Notes: generated by a model not told the origin, from the letters alone. A stretch of 64,000 bases of DNA from Dehalococcoidia bacterium (GCA_965248865.1 CBDFKP010000002.1:376610-440609); one strand, 5' to 3'. Positions 19,666 to 29,465 are shown, counted from the stretch's first letter. Program-made: numbers and translations.

Positions 19666-22332
19666 TCACTGCCCAAGCTGATGGAGCAGCTCCTGAATTA
19701 TATTGCGCCGCTCCTCCAGCGCCGTGAGGCGCTGACGCTCCCGCTCCACCACCTCTTCCGGCGCCTTGGCAGTGAACTGCTGGTCTGCCAGGCGCTGCCT
19801 CAGCCTATGGCCGTGCTCTTCGGCCTCCCGTAGCTCTCCCTGCAGCCGCCGGCGCTCCGCGTCCTGGTCAACCTGGTCGCTTAGCTGAAGGGAGACGGTT
19901 GCATCGCCCACCACCAGCGTGACCGCAGAGCCCTGCGCGAGGGTGTCCTGGGCGAGCCCCACGCTAGCCAGCTTCTCAATCGCCTTGCGCTCGTCCTCAA
20001 TGATGGAGGATATGCCAGGGCCTGCAATCCTAGCTTCCAGCCTTTTGCCTGGGTCAATATGAAACTCCGCGCGCACGTTTCTGATGGCCTGGACGATGCT
20101 GCTGACCAGCTCCATCCCCGCCTCCGCTGTCTCATCCAGGGCCGCGGCGTTGGGCTGTGGATAGGGAGCGATCATAATCGAGTCGGGTAGGGAGCCCTCC
20201 GTGGGCAGCACCGCCGTGAGCCGCTGCCACAGCTCCTCGGTGATGAAGGGCATGAAGGGGTGGAGCAGGCGGAGGGTGCCCTCCAACACGTGGGCCAGCA
20301 CCCGGCGGGGAGAGCCATCGCTCGCGGTCAGCCTTACCTTCGCCATCTCTATGTACCAGTCGCAGAACTCCCCCCAGAGGAAGTCGTACAGCTCCCGCTC
20401 GGCCTCCCCAAGCTGGAACTCCTCCAGACGCCGGTTCACCCGCTGGACCACGCGGTTGTAGCGGCTGAGTATCCACCGGTCCTCCCGGTGATCGGGTTTT
20501 GGTAGCTCGAACCACCCATCAAGGTCGTCGGCACCATCCAGCGTGGAGACCACGTAGCGGCTAGCGTTCCACAGCTTGTTCGCGAAGTTCCGTGCCGCCT
20601 CCAGCTTCGCATCGTCCAGGCGGCTGTCGTTGCCCGGCGTCGTGCCCGTGGTGACGGCGAACCGCAGGGCGTCCGCTCCGTAGGTGTCCATGGTCTGCAG
20701 CGGGTCTATGACGTTCCCCTTGCTCTTGCTCATCTTGGCGCCCGCCGCGTCTCGGATGAGGCCGTGCAGGTAGACGGTGTGGAAGGGGATACTGCCGGTA
20801 TTTTCCAGGCCCATCATGATCATGCGGGCCACCCAGAAGAAGAGGATGTCGTATGCCGTCTCCATCACCGTGGTGGGATAGAAGTAGCGCAGCTCCTCCG
20901 TCTCCTCCGGCCAGCCCAGCGTCGAGTGCGGCCACAGGGCGGAGCTGAACCAGGTGTCCAGGACATCTGGTTCCTGGGTAAGGCCCGTGCCGCCACACTG
21001 GCTGCAGGCGGTGGGGTCCGTCATGGCCACCGTCTGCCCGTTGCAAGAGTCGCAGTACCATACAGGGATACGGTGACCCCACCAGAGCTGACGGCTGATG
21101 CACCAGTCGCGGATGTTCTCCATCCAGTTGAGATAGACCCGCGCGAACCGCTCGGGGACGATGCGAATGCGGCCGTCCGTGACGGCGTCGATAGCCTCCT
21201 TGGCCAGCCCCTCCGACGGCGACATACGCACGAACCACTGCTCGCTCACCAGCGGCTCCACAACGGTATCGCAGCGGCCGCAGTGGCCGATGGTCATATG
21301 GTACGGCTCGACGTGGTCCAGGGAGCCCCCTCGCTCAAGCTGCTCCAGGACGGCCTTGCGGGCGTCGCTCCGCTCATACCCCTGGTAGGGCCCTGCCTCC
21401 TGGTTGAGAGTGCCGTCCAGGTCCATGATGTTGATGGTGGGCAGGCCATGTCGCTGGCCGATCTCGAAGTCGGTCGGGTCGTGGCCGGGGGTCACCTTCA
21501 GCGCACCCGTGCCGAAGTCGGCCTCCACGGTCTCGTCGGCGATGATGGTGAGGGGCCGTCCCAGGATGGGCAGGACCACCCGCTTCCCAATCAGGTGTCG
21601 GTAGCGGTCATCGTGAGGGTTCACGGCCACGGCGGTATCGCCCAGCAGCGTCTCTGGCCGGGTGGTGGCCACGGTGACGTAGCCGCCGTCCTCCTCGTAC
21701 GGGTAGCGTATGTAGTAGAGGCTGCCCTCCTGCTCGACGTGGACCACCTCCAGGTCTGAGAGGGCCGTGGCGCAGCGAGGGCACCAGTTGATGATGCGGT
21801 TGCCCCGGTAGATGAGGCCCTTGTGGAACAGGTTGACGAAGGTGGTGCGCACCGCCTGGCTGGGGCCCGGGTCCAGGGTGAACCGCTCCCGGCTCCAGTC
21901 GCAGGATGCGCCCAGTCGCTGCTGCTGCCTGTTGATAATGCCGCCGTATTTGCGCACCCACTCCCACACCCGCTCCACGAACTGCTCTCGGCCTAGCTCA
22001 TGGCGTGTGGTCCCCTCCTGGGCAAGCTCACGCTCCACCACCACCTGGGTGGCTATGCCTGCATGGTCGGTGCCCGGCAGCCAGAGAGCGGCATCGCCCA
22101 GCATGCGGTGCCACCGGATGAGTGTATCCTGGACAGTAGCGACAAGGGCGTGGCCCAGGTGCAGCTCGCCGGTGACGTTGGGCGGCGGCATGATGATAAC
22201 GAAGGGCCTCTTACCCGGCTCCGACCTGGGCGTAAAGTAGCCCCCGTCCATCCAGAATTTATAGAGCCGCGTCTCCACGGAGGCGGGGTCATAGGCCTTG
22301 GGGAAGTCTCTTATTGTTTGAGCGGACGCCAT
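19666..22332 (-). CDS. valS: valine--tRNA ligase
   Basis: PNVTGELHLGHA (HIGH) and KMSKSKGN (KMSKS) motifs plus a C-terminal coiled coil. 888 aa. Confidence 0.95.
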   Translation of the reverse strand: MASAQTIRDFPKAYDPASVETRLYKFWMDGGYFTPRSEPGKRPFVIIMPPPNVTGELHLGHALVATVQDTLIRWHRMLGDAALWLPGTDHAGIATQVVVERELAQEGTTRHELGREQFVERVWEWVRKYGGIINRQQQRLGASCDWSRERFTLDPGPSQAVRTTFVNLFHKGLIYRGNRIINWCPRCATALSDLEVVHVEQEGSLYYIRYPYEEDGGYVTVATTRPETLLGDTAVAVNPHDDRYRHLIGKRVVLPILGRPLTIIADETVEADFGTGALKVTPGHDPTDFEIGQRHGLPTINIMDLDGTLNQEAGPYQGYERSDARKAVLEQLERGGSLDHVEPYHMTIGHCGRCDTVVEPLVSEQWFVRMSPSEGLAKEAIDAVTDGRIRIVPERFARVYLNWMENIRDWCISRQLWWGHRIPVWYCDSCNGQTVAMTDPTACSQCGGTGLTQEPDVLDTWFSSALWPHSTLGWPEETEELRYFYPTTVMETAYDILFFWVARMIMMGLENTGSIPFHTVYLHGLIRDAAGAKMSKSKGNVIDPLQTMDTYGADALRFAVTTGTTPGNDSRLDDAKLEAARNFANKLWNASRYVVSTLDGADDLDGWFELPKPDHREDRWILSRYNRVVQRVNRRLEEFQLGEAERELYDFLWGEFCDWYIEMAKVRLTASDGSPRRVLAHVLEGTLRLLHPFMPFITEELWQRLTAVLPTEGSLPDSIMIAPYPQPNAAALDETAEAGMELVSSIVQAIRNVRAEFHIDPGKRLEARIAGPGISSIIEDERKAIEKLASVGLAQDTLAQGSAVTLVVGDATVSLQLSDQVDQDAERRRLQGELREAEEHGHRLRQRLADQQFTAKAPEEVVERERQRLTALEERRNIIQELLHQLGQ

Positions 22333-22473
22333 AGCTGAATGCCGTAGTCAAAGCTACCGGCCATTGTAGCATGGCGACGGAAGCCGTCAACGAGCAGGGG
22401 GAGTTGCGCGACCAGGGGTTTGGGGACAGCGCTGTCCAAATCAGTGAATAGGTACGATGTCCACAAAAATGTA

Positions 22474-23318
22474 GGGTAAAGTCCCGTTTTAGCCACCGGA
22501 TTAGCTTTGAAGCAGCTTGAACAATGTCTTAACCTGTTCTGGTCCCGACAGACGCCGATGATTGTAGCGCCAGACATACTCAGCAAGATAGAGGGGCAGC
22601 CGTTCTCGGCGGACTCCCCCTTTGGCTGCCAGACGCCGCTTGAGATAACCCCAGAAGCCCTCCAAGCCGTTGACGTGGCTCCCTTGCCGATCGCTGAACG
22701 CCTGGCTGTGGACCACAAGCCGGTGGACGTAGCCCCCCGCTGCGACGCCCGTGTAGCTGGTAAAGGTGTCCGAGCAGACGATGGAGCCACGTTGCACGCG
22801 TTGGTGCAGGAGCGGCAGCAGCGTCTTGGCTTCCACGTTAGGTACCACGTGCGCCCACACCAGGCCACCTCGACACAGGATCCCAAAGACAGCTTGCTTA
22901 GTGGTTCCACGGCCCCGCTTCGTGCCCTGAACACGCTTTGCCAGGCGCCTGTTGCGCCAGGAACCTCCCAGGTAGGTCTCGTCGACCTCCACCACGCCGG
23001 AGAAGACATGGGGAACGTCCCGGACCATGGCCTGGCGCACCACGATCAGGGCTCGCAGGACTCGCTTTCGCTCCAGGCGGGCCTCCTGGGCAATCACCTC
23101 GGCACTCTGCCCCAAGACGAACCAGCGCAACAGTCGCCGCCACTCCCCTGGCGACAACCGAAGCGGCAGCGCCCTGGGCACCCACTCGTAGTGGCAGGCT
23201 GCACAACGACTCTTACCTCGCCGAATGCTCCAGCTCTTGGCGTGTTGACATCGAGGGCACCCAATCTTCCGTCCCATGCCACCATTCTCTCACAGGTGGC
23301 TGTTTGGGGACTATACCC
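22474..23318 (-). mobile_element. IS1595-family insertion sequence, copy A
   Basis: Imperfect terminal IRs GGGTAAAGTCCCGTTTTAGCCACC / GGGTATAGTCCCCAAACAGCCACC. 7-bp TSD AAATGTA (22467-22473 and 23319-23325). A near-identical copy lies at 34332-35176. Confidence 0.9.
22501..23277 (-). CDS. IS1595-family (ISXO2-like DDE) transposase
   Basis: N-terminal Zn ribbon CPRC...CAAC and the VEVDETYLGG motif. 258 aa, identical to the 34359-35135 product. Confidence 0.9.
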   Translation of the reverse strand: MGRKIGCPRCQHAKSWSIRRGKSRCAACHYEWVPRALPLRLSPGEWRRLLRWFVLGQSAEVIAQEARLERKRVLRALIVVRQAMVRDVPHVFSGVVEVDETYLGGSWRNRRLAKRVQGTKRGRGTTKQAVFGILCRGGLVWAHVVPNVEAKTLLPLLHQRVQRGSIVCSDTFTSYTGVAAGGYVHRLVVHSQAFSDRQGSHVNGLEGFWGYLKRRLAAKGGVRRERLPLYLAEYVWRYNHRRLSGPEQVKTLFKLLQS

Positions 23319-23336
23319 AAATGTATAATCCGCATT

Positions 23337-23705
23337 ATGAATGCGCTTTGGAATAGGGCTAGGCAGGTCATCACGGTATCCTGGATTGGCGCAGTCCTTG
23401 GATCTGTGGGTGTTTGGGGAATTGCTACGCTCCGGGAAGTCCCTGAGTGGGTTGCGGGTGGTTTAGTTGGAGCGGCCTTAGGGGCATTCTGGGGACTGTC
23501 AGGCTGGCGCTGGAGTCGCCCTGCGAAAAGCCAACCTGACCGCGTTGCCGATAAACCCCGGAACGGTTCGCGGAGAAAGAGAGATCGCCTTGTGGCTGCC
23601 TGGAGGCGACTTCTCCACGCTCCCGCGGCCATCTGGACGCGGGCCAAAAGCTTTGTACGTTCAGCCGTAAGGGTTATCCTTCAAAAGCCTCCCACCGTCA
23701 GCTAG
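23337..23705 (+). CDS. hypothetical small membrane protein
   Basis: ATG 23337. Two hydrophobic helices (VSWIGAVLGSVGVWGIA, WVAGGLVGAALGAFWGL) followed by a basic tail. No homolog recognised. Confidence 0.3.
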   Translation: MNALWNRARQVITVSWIGAVLGSVGVWGIATLREVPEWVAGGLVGAALGAFWGLSGWRWSRPAKSQPDRVADKPRNGSRRKRDRLVAAWRRLLHAPAAIWTRAKSFVRSAVRVILQKPPTVS

Positions 23706-23805
23706 CCTAGTAGAGGCCGATGCCTGCGCTTGTTTCCATCCGTTGGTGGTAACATGGTTGGTCGGATGTGGGCTTTGGCGTCGGGTGGCCGGCTCATACT
23801 CTCTA

Positions 23806-25083
23806 ATGCAACAAATACGAAAACCTGCAATCTCCTGGAAGCGCAACCTGGTGGTCATGTGGCTGGCGCAGAGTTGCACCGTCATCGGTTTCACCTTCTC
23901 CTTTCCCTTCATGCCCCTCTTTATCCAGGACATGGGTATCTCAGACGGAGGCCAGGCCTCTCTCTGGGCCGGTATCATCCAGGCGTCCATGGGCATTGCC
24001 ATGGTCCTCACCAGCCCCATCTGGGGTTTGGCGTCTGACCGGTACGGGCGAAAAATGAACGTGCAGCGGGCCATTGTGGGCAGCGCCATCTTCCTGGGCC
24101 TCTCCGCCTTTGCCACCAATGTCTACCAGCTGATTGTCCTCCGGTTTCTGACCGGGCTCACTTCCGGCGTCCTGGGCCCCTCCATGGCGCTGGTGGCCTC
24201 CACCACCCCCAGGGAGCGGATACCCTTCAGCCTGGGGGTTCTGCAATCGGCCTTCTTTGTTGGCAACACCATAGGGCCTCTGCTGGGCGGACTTGTGGCC
24301 GATGCCTGGAGACTCAAGGGCGCCTTCCTGGTCACCGCGGCGATACAGGTTGTTGCGGGGCTCATCGTTCAGCTGTTTGCGCGGGAGGACTTCCACCGCT
24401 CGCCGGAGAGCCTCTCCATCTTCCAGCGCGAGGCCTATAGCAACATGCTCCGAACGCTCACCTCGCGGAGACTTCTCCCCGTGCTCGCGACGATCTTCTC
24501 GGTCCAGTTTTTCACCATCATGTCCCTCGCGGTGCTTCCGGTGATACTGGACGACCTTTCACCGGGCAGCGGCGGCTCCGTCACCGGCGTCGCCTTCGCC
24601 GTCATGGGTATCACGGGAGGGGTGGCATCTTATTCGACGGGCCTGTTGAGCAAGAATGTGAAACTGACGCGTATTCTCAGCGTGGCGGCGGTTGGAGCCG
24701 GCCTCTCCTTCGCCCCCCTCTTCGTGGCGGACTCCGTGCCGCAGTTTTACCTCTTGCTTGCCACTGCAGGAGCCTTCCAGGGGGCCATGGTGGCCATGAC
24801 CGGCGGCCTGGTGGGACTGGCGGTGTCGGGAGAGCACCAGGGGGTCGCCTTCGGTGGGTTGCAGGCCGTGCAGGTGACCGCCTTCAGCAGCGGCCCTCTG
24901 CTCGGGGGCATCCTCGCCGCGACCGTTGGCCTGCGGTGGGTGTTTCCGGTCCAGGCCGTCGGCCTGCTGGCCGTGCCGGTGCTGGTGGCGTGGCTGCTCC
25001 CCAGCTCTGGTGGCGGCGCGCAACCTGCCGGAGAGGCCGTCGCGGAGGCCCGGGCCGAGGGTGGCGGCGACCCTCCGGGCTAG
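23806..25083 (+). CDS. MFS transporter
   Basis: Multi-TM protein with the MFS motif GLASDRYGRK. ATG 23806 chosen; the track ORF starts at 23743. Confidence 0.85.
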   Translation: MQQIRKPAISWKRNLVVMWLAQSCTVIGFTFSFPFMPLFIQDMGISDGGQASLWAGIIQASMGIAMVLTSPIWGLASDRYGRKMNVQRAIVGSAIFLGLSAFATNVYQLIVLRFLTGLTSGVLGPSMALVASTTPRERIPFSLGVLQSAFFVGNTIGPLLGGLVADAWRLKGAFLVTAAIQVVAGLIVQLFAREDFHRSPESLSIFQREAYSNMLRTLTSRRLLPVLATIFSVQFFTIMSLAVLPVILDDLSPGSGGSVTGVAFAVMGITGGVASYSTGLLSKNVKLTRILSVAAVGAGLSFAPLFVADSVPQFYLLLATAGAFQGAMVAMTGGLVGLAVSGEHQGVAFGGLQAVQVTAFSSGPLLGGILAATVGLRWVFPVQAVGLLAVPVLVAWLLPSSGGGAQPAGEAVAEARAEGGGDPPG

Positions 25084-25089
25084 GGCCCT

Positions 25090-26298
25090 TTAGCTCCCGG
25101 CGTCCAGCAGCTTCACCACCCGGTCCAGGATGCGGTGTCCCACCGCGTACTTGCTGGAGAGGGGGACATCTTCGGTGCCGCCCTGGCTGTCCAGGATGGT
25201 AACCCTGTTGTCGTCCGTGGCGAAGCCGCTGTCGGTGGCCGTGATGTCGTTGGCGGCGATGACCGCCAGGCCCTTGCTGGCCAGCTTCTGGCGGGCGTTT
25301 TCCAGCAGGTTCTGACTCTCGGCGGCGAAGCCCACCTTCATCACGCGCTCGGGGACCTCCAGCAGGAAGTCGGCGTTCTCCGTTAGAGGGAGCACCAGGC
25401 CACCGCCGCCCTTCTCCTTTTTAATCTTGTGCCGGGCCGTCTCCGCGGGCCTGAAGTCACTGACCGCCGCGGCCATGATCAGGACGTCGGCCTGCTGGCA
25501 GGCGTCCAGCACCGCCTGGCGCATCTGGGCCACCGTCTCCACTCGGGTGACCTCTATGGCGGCGGGATCGGGCAGCGCCGTCGGGGCGGCGACCAGCGTC
25601 ACTCGTGCTCCCCGGTCCCTGGCGGCCTCAGCGATGGCGTAGCCCTGCTTGCCGGATGAGCGGTTGGTGATGACGCGAACAGGGTCTATAGGCTCGGAGG
25701 TGCCCCCGGCGCTCACGACGATTGTGCGGCCCGCCAGGTCGCCCCCTCGTCCCAGGACGGCGGCGATGTGCCCCATCAGCTCCGCCGGCTCCACCAGGCG
25801 GCCGCTCCCCCACAGGCCCGATGCCAGGCGTCCCTTCGCCGGCCCCACTATGGTGGTGCCGTGGCTACGCAGCGTAGCCAGGTTCTCCTGCACGGCTGCG
25901 TTCTGGTGCATATCGGCGTCCATGGCCGGCGCAACCAGCACTGGTGCCGACGTGGCCAGCAGGGTGGTGGTCAGCATATCGTCCGCCAGGCCGTGGGCGA
26001 TCTTGGCGATGGTGTGCGCCGTGGCGGGCGCCACCACCACGATGTCCGCTCGTCTGGCCAGGGCCACGTGCTCAACGCTCAGCTCTGAGTCCGGGTCGAA
26101 CACCTCGGTGACCACCGGCCGGTGGGTGATGCTTCGGAAGGTCAGCGGCATGACGAAGTTGACGGCTCCTCGCGTCAGGACCACGTCCACCTGCGCGCCC
26201 GCCTGCGCCAGCTTGCTGGCCAGGTCCACCGCCTTGTAGCAGGCGATGCTCCCGGTGACGCCCAGCACCACGGACCTGTTCTCAAAGGGACTATTCAT
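25090..26298 (-). CDS. coaBC: bifunctional phosphopantothenoylcysteine decarboxylase / phosphopantothenate-cysteine ligase
   Basis: Flavoprotein N-domain (VLGVTGSIACYKA) plus the CoaB motif ITNRSSGKQG. 402 aa. Confidence 0.93.
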   Translation of the reverse strand: MNSPFENRSVVLGVTGSIACYKAVDLASKLAQAGAQVDVVLTRGAVNFVMPLTFRSITHRPVVTEVFDPDSELSVEHVALARRADIVVVAPATAHTIAKIAHGLADDMLTTTLLATSAPVLVAPAMDADMHQNAAVQENLATLRSHGTTIVGPAKGRLASGLWGSGRLVEPAELMGHIAAVLGRGGDLAGRTIVVSAGGTSEPIDPVRVITNRSSGKQGYAIAEAARDRGARVTLVAAPTALPDPAAIEVTRVETVAQMRQAVLDACQQADVLIMAAAVSDFRPAETARHKIKKEKGGGGLVLPLTENADFLLEVPERVMKVGFAAESQNLLENARQKLASKGLAVIAANDITATDSGFATDDNRVTILDSQGGTEDVPLSSKYAVGHRILDRVVKLLDAGS

Positions 26299-26300
26299 AG

Positions 26301-27086
26301 CTAGTCCATCTCAGAGCCGTCACCGACGTTCATCTCGTGGATGAGCCGCAGGCCTATAAGGGTCAGCTCCTGGTTCACCACGCCGAAGACGGTGGTCTGG
26401 CTGGCTATCAACGGGGCAAGGCCGCCCGTGGCCACCACCGTGGCATCGGCGCCCATCTCATGCTTGAACCGTTTGACCATCCCCTCCACCATATCCACCT
26501 GGCCCAGCACCAGCCCGGACTGCATGGCGTGGGGCGTGTTCTTCCCTATGGGCGTCTTGGGGGCCACCAGCTCCACCCGACGAAGTATGGATGTGCCGGC
26601 GACCATGGTTTCGGCGCTCATGGTCAGGCCCGGCGCTATGGCTCCGCCAAGGTACTCCGCCTTCTCGGAGACGGCATCGAACACCGTGGCCGTGCCGAAG
26701 TCGACGATGATCGCCGGACCGCCGTACAGTCGGTAGGCCGCCGCCGCATCCACGATCCGATCGGCGCCCACATCCCGAGGGTTGTCGTACAGTATCTTGA
26801 TGCCCGTGCGCACGCCCGCTCCGACCACCATGGGCGCAAGGGAGAAGTGGCTCTGGCACAGCTCCTCAAAGATCTGGGTGAGAGGCGGGACCACGCTACA
26901 CAGGGAGACGGCTTCCACCTGAGCAGGGGAGATCCCCTTCAGGGAGAGCAGGTTCACCAACGTCAGGCCGTACTCGTCCGGCATCCGGCGAGAGTCGGTG
27001 GCCAGCCGCCAGGTGAACTGCAGATTATCGCCCTGGAAGACGGCCAGCGTGATATTGGTGTTGCCTATGTCTATAGCTAAGAGCAC
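26301..27086 (-). CDS. coaX: type III pantothenate kinase
   Basis: MLLAIDIGNTNITLAVF and IIVDFGTATVFD motifs. Adjacent to coaBC. Confidence 0.92.
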   Translation of the reverse strand: MLLAIDIGNTNITLAVFQGDNLQFTWRLATDSRRMPDEYGLTLVNLLSLKGISPAQVEAVSLCSVVPPLTQIFEELCQSHFSLAPMVVGAGVRTGIKILYDNPRDVGADRIVDAAAAYRLYGGPAIIVDFGTATVFDAVSEKAEYLGGAIAPGLTMSAETMVAGTSILRRVELVAPKTPIGKNTPHAMQSGLVLGQVDMVEGMVKRFKHEMGADATVVATGGLAPLIASQTTVFGVVNQELTLIGLRLIHEMNVGDGSEMD

Positions 27087-27136
27087 AGTGCCGTCGGAAA
27101 CCTTTCGCGTACGGATCGTGCGCGGGCATTATACCA

Positions 27137-27248
27137 CCTTTGGCTATCCCTGGGTTTGGAGGTCCCGTTCGCTAAGATTGAAGGGCCCGTTCGTGGTGAG
27201 CTCCGATTGCATCGAGAGTCTCGACAGAGTCGGACTTGCCGAACTATC
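27137..27248 (+). repeat. intergenic repeat element, copy 1
   Basis: Shares CCTTTGGCTAT.CCTGGGTT.GGA.GTCCC ... GGCCCGTTCGTGGTGAGC ... CTTGCCGAACT.TC with 27849-27941. Internal palindrome CGAGAGTCTCG. Confidence 0.75.
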
Positions 27249-27399
27249 TAAGGAACTCGCTTCTAAACCGTCGGAGTTACCAAAGCGGACAGGCTCTCCC
27301 TTACTCTTCCACCTCTAAGAATTCTCTTGATTCCTCTCATAGGGTGTGATATAAGCTCAAGGCCATCAATCCTCATATCTAGGAGGCGATGTAAAGACC

Positions 27400-27732
27400 A
27401 TGAAAAAGTTTGTCGTAATCTATCACGCACCAGCAGGTTGGGAAGCAACGGAAGGTGCTAGCCCAGAAGATATGAAGAAGGGTATGGATTTATGGATGGC
27501 ATGGGCGGCAAAGTGCGGCGATGGTCTAGTCGACTTTGGCACCCCGCTTAGTGGCGGCCAAAAACTGAGCAAGTCAGGTAGCTCGTCAAGCGATAGTGGG
27601 GTGGTCGGTTACTCGATCTTGCAAGTGGAGGATATGGAGGGAGCGAAAGCACTGCTCCAGGGGCATCCCCACCTTGAGTGGGGGGCCGGCTGCGAAATAG
27701 AAGTTCACGAATCTATGCCGCCGCCAATGTAA
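27400..27732 (+). CDS. hypothetical protein, possibly YCII-like dimeric alpha/beta-barrel family
   Basis: 110 aa, with GGAGG upstream of the ATG. The pattern VVIYHAP...VVGYSILQVEDMEGAKALLQGHPHL...CEIEVHE resembles YciI-like proteins. Visibly AT-richer than its flanks. Confidence 0.5.
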   Translation: MKKFVVIYHAPAGWEATEGASPEDMKKGMDLWMAWAAKCGDGLVDFGTPLSGGQKLSKSGSSSSDSGVVGYSILQVEDMEGAKALLQGHPHLEWGAGCEIEVHESMPPPM

Positions 27733-27848
27733 ATTTGGCCGTTGATTTCTTGCTTTCAATGGATGAGGTCACCGTTGGTCTTGGAAAAGCGAGGGGGTCT
27801 CCTCCACCGACCTCAGCCTGTCTGATATGGTAGGCTCCTAATTCATTA

Positions 27849-27941
27849 CCTTTGGCTATACCTGGGTTGGAAGTCCCTGCTCTCTAGGTTTATAGGCCCC
27901 GTTCGTGGTGAGCCTGCCTGTAGTGAGCTTGCCGAACTGTC
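27849..27941 (+). repeat. intergenic repeat element, copy 2
   Basis: See 27137-27248. Same orientation, with a different internal segment. Confidence 0.75.
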
Positions 27942-28087
27942 GGACCATGAGCGGGGCAAGCCGGACATACCACGCCCACCCTGGGCAAGCCTATGGAGGC
28001 TTGCTCACTCCGGTCAGAAGTCGTTTCGATGCCCGCTTGCAGGCCCGGCCTGCCATGTTTATCAAAGTATGGTATAATACTTATGAA

Positions 28088-28342
28088 ATGGCAACTCGAG
28101 AAATCAAGACAACAATTGGGGAGGGTGGCAGGCTCGTAATTCCTGCCGAGTACCGCAAGGCGCTGGGCCTCAAACCTGGCGATGATGTTGTCCTGGTCAT
28201 GGAGGAGGGAGAGGTCCGGCTGCTGACTCCCCAGCGGGCGGTGAAGCGAGCCCAGGCTTTGGTGCGCCGCTACGTCCCGCAGGGGCGATCCCTGGCCGAG
28301 GAGCTTCTGCGCGAGCGTCGTGAAGAGACGGACCGTGGTTGA
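28088..28342 (+). CDS. vapB: AbrB/MazE/SpoVT-family antitoxin (VapB-type)
   Basis: SpoVT/AbrB loop: IGEGGRLVIPAEYRKALGLKPGDDVVLVMEEGEVRL. Overlaps the downstream PIN gene. Confidence 0.8.
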   Translation: MATREIKTTIGEGGRLVIPAEYRKALGLKPGDDVVLVMEEGEVRLLTPQRAVKRAQALVRRYVPQGRSLAEELLRERREETDRG

Positions 28343-28718
28343 GGTCGTCCTGGATGCTTCGGCGCTGATGGCACTGCTGAACGCGGAGCCAGGCGCTGAG
28401 TTCGTGGCGGCGGCGCTTCCCGATGCGGCCATCAGCGCCCTCAACCTCTCCGAGGTGGTGGCCAAGCTGTCCGACGCCGGTATGCCGGACGCTGCTATCC
28501 GAGATGCCCTCCAGGGGTTGTCTCTCGATATCGTATCCTTTGACATCGAGCAGGCCTACGAGGCAGGGCTGCTCCACTCCGCTACCAGGGGTGCCGGGCT
28601 GTCGCTGGGCGACCGTGGCTGCCTGAGCCTGGCCCGCAGGCTGGACCTGCCTGCGCTTACCGCAGACCGCACGTGGGAGCAGCTAGCGGTGGGCGCGAAT
28701 GTGCGGGTGATACGGTGA
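28335..28718 (+). CDS. vapC: PIN-domain toxin VapC
   Basis: VVLDASALMALL (first acidic residue) and LSLGDRGCLSLA motifs. GTG 28335 overlaps the vapB stop. The track start is 28320. Confidence 0.8.
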   Translation: MVEVVLDASALMALLNAEPGAEFVAAALPDAAISALNLSEVVAKLSDAGMPDAAIRDALQGLSLDIVSFDIEQAYEAGLLHSATRGAGLSLGDRGCLSLARRLDLPALTADRTWEQLAVGANVRVIR

Positions 28719-28724
28719 TTGGCG

Positions 28725-28800
28725 AGGAATGCTGGGCTGCCTTTTGGTGGGCCTCTGTGGACAGTACTCGAATTTTCCGCGGCCCCACCTTGTGCGAAGG
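28725..28800 (-). other. relic of an LSR gene tail with att-like centre (site S0)
   Basis: The minus strand reads AENSSTVHRGPPKGSP, compared with Rec tails NRRVRSTVKSGGPDWT and LDFVQSGPPDFT. GTCCA-N4-GGCCCACCA has the same spacing as at 50568-50585. Centre TGGTGGGCCT at 28745-28754. Confidence 0.5.
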
Positions 28801-29028
28801 TTGAGGCTGCTCTTGGGCGAGCCCAACGCTAGTGGCTAGCAGGGGGCCCTCAGGTTAAGAGGAATTTGAGCCTAGTTCTGCCATACGCCACCACCTTCCG
28901 CCCACGCCACTGCATTGCTGTCCGCCCTCTGGCGCTGTTGGGTCTTAAATTGTACAGGGTCAAAGCCCCTGATAGTCATGATAAACACTCATTGGTGCCC
29001 AGGCTAATTATTATTCGCAGTCGGGGGC

Positions 29029-29464
29029 TCATGTCCCTCTAGCTTCAAGAAGGGACTTGAGCCTTCGAAAGTCCGCTTCGATCTGCTTGGGCAACTGCCA
29101 CTCAATCAGCCATTGAACAAGCTTCAGGAGACCACGGGGCTGGAACTCCACACTCACGATCACTCGCGTGCCACCCTCCTCAGGAGCAAAGGCCGTGCAG
29201 CCCTGGGAGTCCAGAGGCCCTAAAGGAGCGCGATAGCAGATCCTATGCGGCGGGTCTACAACGGTAAACTCGTGGGGATGATTGACCTTGCGGCCGAACA
29301 TCTTGCGTATGATGACTTGCGTGGAACCAACCGCGAGTGGTTCCCTCAGGCACAAGGTGGGCTGATACCACGCTGGCCTGCCAGTCGGGGATATTCTGCG
29401 AAGCGTACCTAAACACCTCTTCGATGGGCCGCCGGATCACGACTGATTTCTCCACCGAGAACAT
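29029..29464 (-). pseudogene. SRPBCC-superfamily protein, frameshifted
   Basis: The N-terminal part (MFSVEKSVVIRRPIEEVFRYASQNIPDWQ, ORF 29243-29464) and the C-terminal part (ORF 29029-29355) are in different frames that overlap near 29340. Confidence 0.6.
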
Positions 29465-29465
29465 G

